The position numbers and the translations under genes are program-made. Positions 51,365 through 58,984 of a stretch of 64,000 nt of DNA are shown here, in pieces. The notes under the pieces are model-generated. The model searched no databases and was not told where the DNA came from. It saw only the letters and a list, made by a program, of their open reading frames with translations. Every line of letters starts with the position of its first letter. Within the stretch, counting starts at the first letter, position 1. Origin of the DNA: a virus. The stretch lies in the IMG/VR virus record IMGVR_UViG_3300030107_008258, positions 80,419-144,418 of that record; one strand, written 5' to 3'.

Positions 51365-51458
51365 TTTTTATAGTGATTCCCTTGTGGTTGGCATAGCCCC
51401 TGCTACCTCCAACTCCAAGCCTTACTACCATTATACCTCAGCCCCGTGCTTGAGTCAA
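51365..51458 (-). ncRNA. Promoter plus putative ~60-nt hairpin sRNA
   Basis: TTGACT(51453-58)-17-TATAAT followed by CTTG/GTTGG/GTAGC...GCTAT/CCAAC/CAAG stem (51381-51419) and a T-rich tract; only an 8-codon ORF downstream of the predicted start. Confidence 0.5.
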
Positions 51459-51507
51459 CTAAAAAAATAACTTTTTTCAAAAAAAAGTTTTTTTAAAAAC
51501 TAATATT

Positions 51508-51586
51508 GTAAGTCGTTGACTATCAAGGACTTACGCCCTCGGCGCCCCCCGCGCAGCGCCTAAGTCGTTGTCAATCAGTGACTTAC
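51508..51586 (+). repeat. Twin-palindrome element, copy 1
   Basis: GTAAGTCGTTGACTATCAAGGACTTAC + 25-bp GC core + CTAAGTCGTTGTCAATCAGTGACTTAC. Confidence 0.95.
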
Positions 51587-51724
51587 GACTTGAAAAATCA
51601 AAAAAAATGCTTTTTTAGGATGGGTTTCCGTGCCAACTCTGCCGAAAAATAAAAATAAAAAAAATGAAAAAAAATGACTTTTATGCTTGCGTTTTTCTGT
51701 GGCTGTGCTATACTGTTTCCAGTT

Positions 51725-51871
51725 ATGAGAGATATGAACAACACAGATAAGGTTGAGCAGGGTTACGAGGAAGTTTGCACCGGATGCGGCGAAACGGTTT
51801 GCTTGTCAAAGGAAGAGCATGGTCAATGGGATCACGGGTTCGATGCGTTTATGTGCTGGGAATGCGAGTAA
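51725..51871 (+). CDS. Early zinc-ribbon microprotein
   Basis: CTGC...CWEC; TTGCGT-16-TATACT + GTTATGAG. Confidence 0.7.
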   Translation: MRDMNNTDKVEQGYEEVCTGCGETVCLSKEEHGQWDHGFDAFMCWECE

Positions 51872-51913
51872 ACGCTTGACTTTCCTTTAAAATCTGATAA
51901 GATAATTCCCGTT

Positions 51914-52147
51914 ATGAGAGATATGAAAACGTACACGTTGTACTGGAAGAATGAGGATACCAACAGGGTGAGCAGCAAAGACTTCACCAATGAATCTGGT
52001 GTTGACCATTCGGCAATGGACAAGGCTTTGGAGTTGGCCCAAGAAGCTGACACCAATATGTGGCCTTGGATACTGGAAGAGGACGGTTGCGAAATCGCCC
52101 ACGGTTGGGGTGGTGATATGTTGGGAGCCTACCGCTTTCAAGGTTAA
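51914..52147 (+). CDS. Early acidic small protein
   Basis: TTGACT-16-TAAGAT + GTTATGAG. Confidence 0.7.
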   Translation: MRDMKTYTLYWKNEDTNRVSSKDFTNESGVDHSAMDKALELAQEADTNMWPWILEEDGCEIAHGWGGDMLGAYRFQG

Positions 52148-52236
52148 AAAAATAATTTTATTGACAAGTGGCTGAATTGGCCTTAGTTTAGAAGAAGAGG
52201 GGGGAAGCAAACCTTCTCCCCATTAACCCAAAATAA

Positions 52237-52806
52237 ATGAAACGGATGAAAAATCCACAAACACAAGATGATTGGGCTGCGACAAGAGCAGCGTTATCCA
52301 TCCTGCCGCAAGAGCAACACGCCGACTACTTGGCGATGCTCAACGACACCAAAACGAGAGCCAAGGGGATTATGGCCAAAGCCGTCACCCTTGAGGTCAA
52401 GCCCGATAAGGCAACCGGCAGCAAGGTTCAGGAAAAGGCCAACAAGGCCAAGTCCTCGACCAAAGCCAAGTCCTCCAGCAAGAGGGCTGCTGTCGTCCAG
52501 AAGAAGGCGAAGGTCAACGGGGCCTTCATTACCTTCCACCAGTACTCAATGCTCCAGACGGTGCGTGAGTTAGTGGCCAACGGCGTTAACGGTGCAGAGG
52601 GGCTATCCTCAAGCGAGATCGCCGAATACCGCGACTGCGGCGAGACGGGGAGCGAGGTCTCCACCGTCCTTGACCGCCTCAAGGCCTACCGCATCATCGA
52701 TTGGCGGCTAGTCGAGGTGAGCAAGAAGCCGGACGAAAGCCAAACTTGGCCAAGCCGGAACTTCCCTAGTTCCACCAAGCGGCGGGAATTCACCCTATTG
52801 GGCTGA
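52237..52806 (+). CDS. Winged-helix DNA-binding protein with Lys/Ala/Ser-rich linker
   Basis: ITFHQYSMLQTV...LSSSEIAE....GSEVSTVLDRLKAYRIIDW MarR/LexA-like wHTH; terminator hairpin 52815-52838. Confidence 0.6.
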   Translation: MKRMKNPQTQDDWAATRAALSILPQEQHADYLAMLNDTKTRAKGIMAKAVTLEVKPDKATGSKVQEKANKAKSSTKAKSSSKRAAVVQKKAKVNGAFITFHQYSMLQTVRELVANGVNGAEGLSSSEIAEYRDCGETGSEVSTVLDRLKAYRIIDWRLVEVSKKPDESQTWPSRNFPSSTKRREFTLLG

Positions 52807-52848
52807 TCACTATACCCCTCCCCCTTTGGGGGGAGGGATTTTGATATC

Positions 52849-53385
52849 ATGGAAATTTATAGCTTCGACGAAGTAGAGGAAGGCCAGAATGCTGTCAAGA
52901 CGGCTATGGCTGAAGCCGGTTGCTTTGGGCCGGAAATGGAGAAACATTGTGCAGGTCAATCGCCAGAGAAGGATTTAATATCCTCGTTTATTCGATGGCG
53001 TAAAAAAATAACAACCATGCGAATGACGGTAACGGTCACGCAGGGACTAGGCAAGTACTTGGCTAACCTACTGAACAATGGGGATACTACCGGCATCCCG
53101 CCCAAGACTAAACCAAACATCAAGAAGGTGAATAAACCAGCTAATTGGCTGCGCCAGATGGAAGTTGAAGGCCTGTACAAACAATTCGGCGCGGATGACG
53201 TTGATGAAGTCATTGAACGCGTATTCAAGGCCTGTAAGGGCGGCGAGGTGGTCGATATCTCGGACGATGGTGAAAACATCGTCGAAACGGATCTCGACGG
53301 CTTAGACGTCAATCTAGACGTATTGGCGAGAAGCGAACAAATCCAAGCGTTCAATGTTCACTTTACCCCCAAGAAAAAAAGTTGA
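52849..53385 (+). CDS. Hypothetical protein
   Basis: 178-aa ORF filling the gap to the next promoter. Confidence 0.55.
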   Translation: MEIYSFDEVEEGQNAVKTAMAEAGCFGPEMEKHCAGQSPEKDLISSFIRWRKKITTMRMTVTVTQGLGKYLANLLNNGDTTGIPPKTKPNIKKVNKPANWLRQMEVEGLYKQFGADDVDEVIERVFKACKGGEVVDISDDGENIVETDLDGLDVNLDVLARSEQIQAFNVHFTPKKKS

Positions 53386-53432
53386 AAATAGTTGTTGACT
53401 TTTCCTGAAATTCTGATATACTAGTTTCCGTT

Positions 53433-53615
53433 ATGAGAGATACGTTTGATAACTTAAGTTGTGAAGAGGTTTTTGAGTTGAACGCGGTTTGTGACCAGTG
53501 GCAGCAAGAGGCCATCAAGGCTCAAGAGGCTGAGCTTGCCGAGCGCAAGCGCAAGGCCGCTGCTGAAATGTTCTGGTTTATCCAAAAACGCCGCCAGCAA
53601 GGGGATTGGTTCTAA
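53433..53615 (+). CDS. Early small protein, CEE-FE family
   Basis: TTGACT-16-TATACT + GTTATGAG; LSCEEVFELNA. Confidence 0.75.
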   Translation: MRDTFDNLSCEEVFELNAVCDQWQQEAIKAQEAELAERKRKAAAEMFWFIQKRRQQGDWF

Positions 53616-53631
53616 TAAAAAAAACCAAGTC

Positions 53632-53710
53632 GTAAGTCGTTGAACATCAATGACTTAGGCGCCCGGCGCCCCGCGCCGAAATCGTAAGTGCTTGATAATC
53701 AGTAACTTAC
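53632..53710 (+). repeat. Twin-palindrome element, copy 2
   Basis: Palindromes at 53632 and 53684. Confidence 0.95.
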
Positions 53711-53858
53711 GCATCCGTTTTTTAAAAAAAGTGATGTTTTAGGATAGGTTTCCGTGCCAACCTGTGCAAATTATTAAAAAAACTTTCTTGAATAAAAATA
53801 AAAAAAATGACTTTTTAGGGTTGACTTTTTCAGAGTTTATGCTATACTGTTTTCCGTT

Positions 53859-53981
53859 ATGAGGGATAAGATAGAAATGGAAGAGGTGTTCACCGAAAAT
53901 TGGGAACAGTTAATCGATGAGATCATGGGCGACATGGACATGGTCTGGAATGAAGAAGCTAAAAAATTCGAAATAAACTGA
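53859..53981 (+). CDS. Early acidic 40-aa protein (MRDKIEMEEVF...), absent from the ORF track
   Basis: TTGACT(53821)-16-TATACT + GTTATGAG. Confidence 0.7.
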   Translation: MRDKIEMEEVFTENWEQLIDEIMGDMDMVWNEEAKKFEIN

Positions 53982-54145
53982 TGACAGACATAGAAAAAAA
54001 GATCCACAAGTTAAATGTGGATATCGTGCTGAACGGCCCGATCACCTGCCTTGACCCGATCAAGGATCATCGCCTGAAGGTTGCCAAGTTCAACATCGCC
54101 AAGCGGGAATTACTCGCAAAAGAATTTCAAAAAAGTGAGATTTAA
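53981..54145 (+). CDS. 54-aa protein (MTDIEKKIHK...), absent from the ORF track
   Basis: TGATG stop/start overlap with the preceding gene. Confidence 0.6.
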   Translation: MTDIEKKIHKLNVDIVLNGPITCLDPIKDHRLKVAKFNIAKRELLAKEFQKSEI

Positions 54146-54187
54146 GGGTTGACCTTGAGCGTAAAGTGTGATTTAATAAACGGAGTT

Positions 54188-54358
54188 ATGAGGGAAACCT
54201 TAAAAGAAAACAAAAAGTTGGTCTGCCAAGAGTGTGGTAGAGAGGACGGAGCCAAGAGCGATTGGGAAGGCTTCATCAGCGTATCGGAGTGGGGCAATGA
54301 GCATGACTTCGGAACGATCTGCGACGAGTGCCAAGAGGATCAAATTGATAGCCTTTAA
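54188..54358 (+). CDS. Early zinc-ribbon microprotein
   Basis: CQEC...CDEC; TTGACC-17-TTTAAT + GTTATGAG. Confidence 0.7.
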   Translation: MRETLKENKKLVCQECGREDGAKSDWEGFISVSEWGNEHDFGTICDECQEDQIDSL

Positions 54359-54403
54359 AAAGGGCTTGACTTTTTCAAAAAATCTGATAGAATAATTTTT
54401 GTT

Positions 54404-54706
54404 ATGAGAGAAACATATAAACACCCCGAAACCGGAGCCGCCATCTACTACGCCCCATGCGTAGACCACGAAGATGATGTTAGTAAAATCTGGCACGACT
54501 TTCGCGATTGCGAAACCAAAACTTATGCAAACCTGAGCATGGATTGGTCGCCTTACAGAGACCCATCAAAGAACGACATCAAGATGTGGTTCGCTCTTGG
54601 TTGCCCTGACCGCCGCACCATAGGAGACGGCAAAACGGTTGGCTCGCTCGATTCTGACAGACTCGTCGAGGCTCTTGGTAAACAACTTTGTATCGGAGGA
54701 TTCTAA
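54404..54706 (+). CDS. Early hypothetical protein
   Basis: TTGACT-16-TAGAAT + GTTATGAG. Confidence 0.7.
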   Translation: MRETYKHPETGAAIYYAPCVDHEDDVSKIWHDFRDCETKTYANLSMDWSPYRDPSKNDIKMWFALGCPDRRTIGDGKTVGSLDSDRLVEALGKQLCIGGF

Positions 54707-54707
54707 T

Positions 54708-55163
54708 ATGAGAAAAATAATAATAACTTTCGCCGCTGCTGCTACTGCTTTAAGCCTTTATGCAAACACACACAAAAATCACACGCTTTCAAGGGAAACC
54801 AAGGTCATCGCAATTACTATACTGGCGGAAGCCAGAGGGGAAGGACACGCAGGAATGTACGCGGTGGGTGCTGTCATTGCTCAACGAGCATTTGAAAGAA
54901 AACAAACGCCCACAGAGGTATGCCTTAAAAAATGGCAATTTAGTTGTTGGAACGGAAAAAAACTCAAAGACCTTGAGCATTTGCTCAAGGGATCGCAAGC
55001 CAAATACGCAATAACAGTTGCGAAAAATGTGAAAACATTAAGCCGCGAATATGTTGGCTATGCTAACCACTACCACGCGACTTGGATGAAGAAAAAGCCT
55101 TACTGGGCAAAAGGTCAAAAGCCTGTTAAGACAATCGGGCAACACGTTTTTTATAAACTTTAA
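54708..55163 (+). CDS. SleB/Hydrolase_2-family cell wall hydrolase with signal peptide
   Basis: ILAEARGEG..GMYAV..VI..R, QFSCWN, ANHYHA, IGQHVFY; GGAGG SD before ATG 54708. Confidence 0.88.
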   Translation: MRKIIITFAAAATALSLYANTHKNHTLSRETKVIAITILAEARGEGHAGMYAVGAVIAQRAFERKQTPTEVCLKKWQFSCWNGKKLKDLEHLLKGSQAKYAITVAKNVKTLSREYVGYANHYHATWMKKKPYWAKGQKPVKTIGQHVFYKL

Positions 55164-55183
55164 TCTTTCATCCTCATAACACA

Positions 55184-55227
55184 GCCCCGTCGAGTTCTCT
55201 CTCTGCTCGGCGGGGCATTTTTCTTTT
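55184..55227 (+). terminator. Terminator after the hydrolase gene
   Basis: GCCCCGTCGAG-11 nt-CTCGGCGGGGC + T tract. Confidence 0.75.
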
Positions 55228-55272
55228 TGTCAAGTGAAAAAGATAAAAAAAAGTTTTTTAAAAAATAAAGTC

Positions 55273-55351
55273 GTAAGTGACTGATATTCAATGACTTACG
55301 GCAGCGGCGCCCTGCGCCCAAATCGTAAGTAACTGATATTCAATGACTTAT
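55273..55351 (+). repeat. Twin-palindrome element, copy 3
   Basis: Palindromes at 55273 and 55325. Confidence 0.95.
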
Positions 55352-55488
55352 GAACTCGTTTTTCTAAAAACTAAGACTTTTAAAAGGGATTCCATGCCAA
55401 GTAGTGTAAAAAATAAAAATAAAAAAAATAAAAAAGTGAGTTTTTTCTGTTGACTTTTCCCGGAAAGTGTGGTTTAATAATTTCTGTT

Positions 55489-55758
55489 ATGAGGGATATG
55501 TTTGATAATATGTACGAGGTTCGGATCGCCAACTCTGGCGATGTTGCTGGTTTCCCGCGTTCTCACGATGGTCTTGAAAAGGCCATCATGTTGGCCTCGC
55601 GTGAGGGTACTGAGGTCACCTTTGATGGTGATGTCGTCTGGCCGGAGGAGGAGCCGGATATGGATGAGTCCATGGACGGGGATCATGAGTCCGCCTTGGC
55701 CAGTGCCGGTTTCGGCACGGATGAGGATTACGGCTGCTACGGTGGCGATGAGTGGTAA
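55489..55758 (+). CDS. Early very acidic protein (SMDGDHESALASAGFGTDEDYG)
   Basis: TTGACT-17-TTTAAT + GTTATGAG. Confidence 0.75.
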   Translation: MRDMFDNMYEVRIANSGDVAGFPRSHDGLEKAIMLASREGTEVTFDGDVVWPEEEPDMDESMDGDHESALASAGFGTDEDYGCYGGDEW

Positions 55759-55814
55759 AAAACTCATTTTTTTTGTTGACTTTTAAATCTGATTGTTTTA
55801 TACTGTTTTTTGTT

Positions 55815-56009
55815 ATGGGAATTATGAAATCACTATTCATGGAACTCTCCTGCGAGGAGGAGTTTGAACTCAACGCGTGGTGCGACGAACGCCGTGAGGC
55901 CGACATCGCCGCGCAGGATCGCGACATGGTCGACGAGGAAATGGCCCGTCAGTCCGACGCGCAACTCGCCGAGGACGCCGCGTTGGATCTGTTGATCGCC
56001 GCCGGTTAA
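55815..56009 (+). CDS. Early small protein, CEE-FE family
   Basis: TTGACT-17-TATACT + GTTATG; LSCEEEFELNA. Confidence 0.75.
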   Translation: MGIMKSLFMELSCEEEFELNAWCDERREADIAAQDRDMVDEEMARQSDAQLAEDAALDLLIAAG

Positions 56010-56079
56010 TCACGAACCGTGCCAACCAACCCCGCCAAGGCGGGGTTTTTTTGTTTTTAGTTTTTTAAAAAGTGAAGTC

Positions 56080-56158
56080 GTAAGTCGTTGGGTAGCAATG
56101 ACTTAAGGGCCGGGCGGGGGGCGCCGACCCCTTAACTTGTTGATTATCAATGACTTAG
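56080..56158 (-). repeat. Twin-palindrome element, copy 4 (core inverted)
   Basis: Palindromes at 56080 and 56132. Confidence 0.95.
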
Positions 56159-56234
56159 GAATACAAAAAATAATTTAAAAAAGTGAGATTTAAAGGTTGA
56201 CATTTTCTGATTCTGTGGTATGCTCATTTCTGTT

Positions 56235-56402
56235 ATGAGAGATAATGTTACTTGTGAAGAGGTGTTCGAGATGGAGTCCGACGCATGGGTCGCTGATGTG
56301 ACCGTCGCCAACGGTTTCGACGATGTCGAGGTCGAGGAGGTCGAGGAGGTTTGCTGGTGCAAGTTTTTCGAGTCGTGCCCTGAATGTTTTGGCAAAAAAT
56401 AA
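56235..56402 (+). CDS. Early small protein, CEE-FE family, with C-terminal CxC/CxxC
   Basis: TTGACA-16-TATGCT + GTTATGAG; VTCEEVFEM. Confidence 0.7.
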   Translation: MRDNVTCEEVFEMESDAWVADVTVANGFDDVEVEEVEEVCWCKFFESCPECFGKK

Positions 56403-56406
56403 AAAC

Positions 56407-56485
56407 GTAAGTCTTTGCGCTGCAGTGACTTAGGGCTCGGGCAGGGGGCGCCGCGTGCGTAAGTGACTGGTAATCAAAGGGTTAC
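56407..56485 (-). repeat. Twin-palindrome element, copy 5 (core inverted)
   Basis: Palindromes at 56407 and 56459. Confidence 0.92.
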
Positions 56486-56656
56486 GCGCATAAAATCTGA
56501 AATTGGAGTAACGTAAGTTTTTCTTTTTCGGCAAGTCTCACATTGCCCCTTCTTCCAAGAGCCGCACCTATCAGTTATTTGAGGCTGACGGTTTTCCTTT
56601 TTAGCTGCTCTTATTTCACGGTTCTGCGCTTTGATTCCGCAAGCATAACAAATCAT
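56474..56656 (-). CDS. Small basic zinc-finger protein
   Basis: CYAC...CETC. Confidence 0.55.
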   Translation of the reverse strand: MICYACGIKAQNREIRAAKKENRQPQITDRCGSWKKGQCETCRKRKTYVTPISDFMRVTL

Positions 56657-56703
56657 TATTTATTAAAATCTTATTTCTTATTTGATTAATTCCAAATCCG
56701 AAT

Positions 56704-56919
56704 CTAGGAGAGTATTTGTCGAATTTGACCTCTGTATTTATTTATCTCCGAAGCTGTCTCGCTATGGGAAGCGATGTTTCGTAAAGTCTCACGCGTTACG
56801 CTTTCGATCCGCCTTCTTAAAGTCTCTTTGACGGACTCCAAACTTTTAGCATCTTTTATTTTGATGCTGCGAGTTTTCTTTTTCTTCTCTGCCTTTTTCT
56901 TTAAATGTTTAGTTTTCAT
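56704..56919 (-). CDS. Small basic protein
   Basis: 71-aa Lys/Arg-rich ORF directly downstream of the large ncRNA. Confidence 0.5.
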   Translation of the reverse strand: MKTKHLKKKAEKKKKTRSIKIKDAKSLESVKETLRRRIESVTRETLRNIASHSETASEINKYRGQIRQILS

Positions 56920-56932
56920 TATTTTAAATTAA

Positions 56933-57730
56933 AAAATGGTGGTTGGATTAATTGTTTACCAACACCTTTTCAGTACCCAGAAAACAATGTTTCTATCTAC
57001 TTACTTCGGACTCCCCCACGGTTTTCCTCTGCCACTAGGCCGCTGTACTTCCCGCAGTTGCTGCGTTATCCCTTTGGGAGGGATTATTCCGCCACACCGA
57101 TCTCTCTCCGTCGAGAGAGAAAATTGATAGGTTGCTGCCGCACCACCAGCAGTAAAACGGGCGCGAGATCATCAAAACACAGAAAAACTCGCAGGGGTAT
57201 TTAACTCCGTCAACCTAAAAGAATCATTTTAAACGGATCACCCACACATTACAAACTATTAACGTCTTGTTGATCTTTTTCGTAAACAATGGTTAGGAGG
57301 CTTCTACTCCCAAGACTGATTTAATAATGCCCTGCTAGATTACTCTAACAAATCTAAAACAATTCAAATTGATCGCTTTTGAGAAACTTCTCATTCTTAA
57401 CCGTTTCAAGTCGAGTTAACGACTGTCATGCTTTCAACGCGTTTATAGCTCAGAAAGACGTGATTAAGTGCATGGCCCAAGTTTTTTGGTGTTATGAGAG
57501 AGAGTCCCTTTGCGGGACAGTCTTTAGACCGCAAAACTCAAAAGCAAATTTTCAAAGAGCATGGTCGCTTTTTACAGGTGCTACCTTAACTAGGGGGCTA
57601 CCCTAGACGCGACCAAAATTGTCAGGGGTTAACTAGCATTGTATTCCTACCCTAGTCTTTTAAGTCTGCCCTGCCAGACTACCTTACCCAAACACATGAA
57701 CGTATAACTTACAAACATTCCCCGAAGGGA
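56933..57730 (-). ncRNA. Large (~800 nt) structured non-coding RNA candidate
   Basis: Promoter TTGCAT(57760-65)-17-TATACT; no minus-strand ORF of 60 aa or more; many hairpins; ends in a T-run. Confidence 0.7.
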
Positions 57731-57742
57731 AAAACCAGTATA

Positions 57743-58006
57743 TCAGCAACGGTCTGGCAATGCAACCTTTTTCTCAACTTTTTTTTGCTGATCTTCAATC
57801 AACTCTCCATCCTCCAAACAAGCATCCCAAGTCTTTTCCCAATCAAAAGAAAAATACTCATCAAATACCTTTGAAGCTATCCGACCCTCCATGCTTTGAG
57901 TCGCTGCTTCTTTCAGCATCGATCTCATAACTTTGAGTCTTTTCCGCATTTCTTCAGTTCCCGCTTTTGTTCGCGGCCTCAACCAATGGTCATCCATTTC
58001 TTTCAT
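57743..58006 (-). CDS. Hypothetical protein
   Basis: 87-aa ORF coupled to 58008-58652. Confidence 0.6.
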   Translation of the reverse strand: MKEMDDHWLRPRTKAGTEEMRKRLKVMRSMLKEAATQSMEGRIASKVFDEYFSFDWEKTWDACLEDGELIEDQQKKVEKKVALPDRC

Positions 58007-58007
58007 A

Positions 58008-58652
58008 CTATAATACCTTTCGGTTTTTTTTATCTTTTAACTTAAATCCCATTTCTTTGAAGGTGTACTTCTTTCCTTTATTCCAAGGCACTCTCTTTGG
58101 CTTTGGCTCTGGAATGTAAAAAATGTTATAGTGCGGCCCTAGTGCTGTCCTATCCCGAAGGACAACCCGCTCCGACTTATAGACCGGCTTCTTGGTTATA
58201 TCCTCCACAAAAGTCTTATACTTATAAGGGTTATAAGTTGCACCCTTAAACTCATCACCTGACTCTGGGATGCATTTGTCGCACCACTCAAACTCTCCAT
58301 CTCCGCAGTCGCAGATGTTATACTTCTCTACCTTACCACGAACTAGACGATGCCGCTCCTTTTGAACGTCTCCGATGTTGTGGCACTTGCCTACGACATA
58401 AGCGTGAACATTCTTCCGCTTATCCCGAAGTACTCGCTGCCGCCCTGCCTCTTGAACGCGAAACTTTGCATCGTACAACTCAACACGGTGAGCATGGCAA
58501 TAAAGTAGACCCGTCTCCGCATCTATGACTGACAAGCAATCAAGATTTAGATTGTAGTAAACTTTCACACGATCCGGTGCAACCTCGATGCCGTCCATCA
58601 TTTTACGCGGCCCTGCCTTCTCCCAGCTAATGAATCCTTTTGGTTCCCTCAT
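58008..58652 (-). CDS. Conserved phage protein (VY.NL...AGRQRVLR.KRKNVHA.V.G...YNPYK family)
   Basis: Recognisable motif set; own promoter TTGACA-17-TATACT + GTTATGAG. Confidence 0.75.
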   Translation of the reverse strand: MREPKGFISWEKAGPRKMMDGIEVAPDRVKVYYNLNLDCLSVIDAETGLLYCHAHRVELYDAKFRVQEAGRQRVLRDKRKNVHAYVVGKCHNIGDVQKERHRLVRGKVEKYNICDCGDGEFEWCDKCIPESGDEFKGATYNPYKYKTFVEDITKKPVYKSERVVLRDRTALGPHYNIFYIPEPKPKRVPWNKGKKYTFKEMGFKLKDKKNRKVL

Positions 58653-58716
58653 AACTTCAAACAGTATAATCTAGTCGGTCTCTAATGTCAACAGTAAAAA
58701 ACATTTTTTTTTAAAT

Positions 58717-58790
58717 TGGACGCGAGGGAGGGAGTCGAACCCTCAATTGTTCTTTTGCAGAGAACCGTCTTGCCGTTTGACCACCCCGCG
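58717..58790 (-). tRNA. tRNA-Cys(GCA)
   Basis: CGCGGGG/CCTCGCG acceptor, GTC/GAC D stem, GTTCT-CTGCAAA-AGAAC anticodon arm, GAGGG-TTCGACT-CCCTC T arm, U73, encoded CCA. Confidence 0.93.
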
Positions 58791-58883
58791 ATTGTAGGAG
58801 CCTTTGCCCTTCTTCGGACGATGCACCCGCTCGCCAGTGTTCCACCTGACTACTGCGCGGGGCTTTTTAGACTTCTCATTCAC
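58743..58883 (-). CDS. ArfA-like 46-aa protein overlapping the tRNA-Cys
   Basis: RVHRPKKGKGSYNR matches the ArfA KKGKGSY.R motif; promoter TTGACA(58916-21)-16-TATTAT with GTT-GTG start at the standard 7-nt distance. Confidence 0.75.
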   Translation of the reverse strand: MNEKSKKPRAVVRWNTGERVHRPKKGKGSYNRGVVKRQDGSLQKNN

Positions 58884-58984
58884 AACGGGGTTAATAATAT
58901 CATATTTTACACATATGTCAATAGTAAAAAACATTTTTTTAGGGGTTGACAAGTACCCCCATTTACCCTATACTCATCTTGGTT

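Noticed and set aside
51508-51586. Palindromes as Xer dif sites or intrinsic terminators
   Set aside because: 12-3-12 geometry and sequence differ from the 11-6-11 dif layout; stems are AT-rich with mismatches, and separate GC terminators lie next to several copies
56905-57606. Plus-strand ORFs 56905-57204, 56936-57127, 57379-57606
   Set aside because: No promoter or start signal, atypical composition, antisense to the promoter-driven RNA
56933-57730. Large RNA as tmRNA or RNase P RNA (ends ...CCACCA; contains GAGGAAA)
   Set aside because: No T-arm or acceptor-stem pairing for tmRNA, and the RNase P GAGGAAAGUCC/P4 consensus is incomplete; a covariance search is needed to settle it
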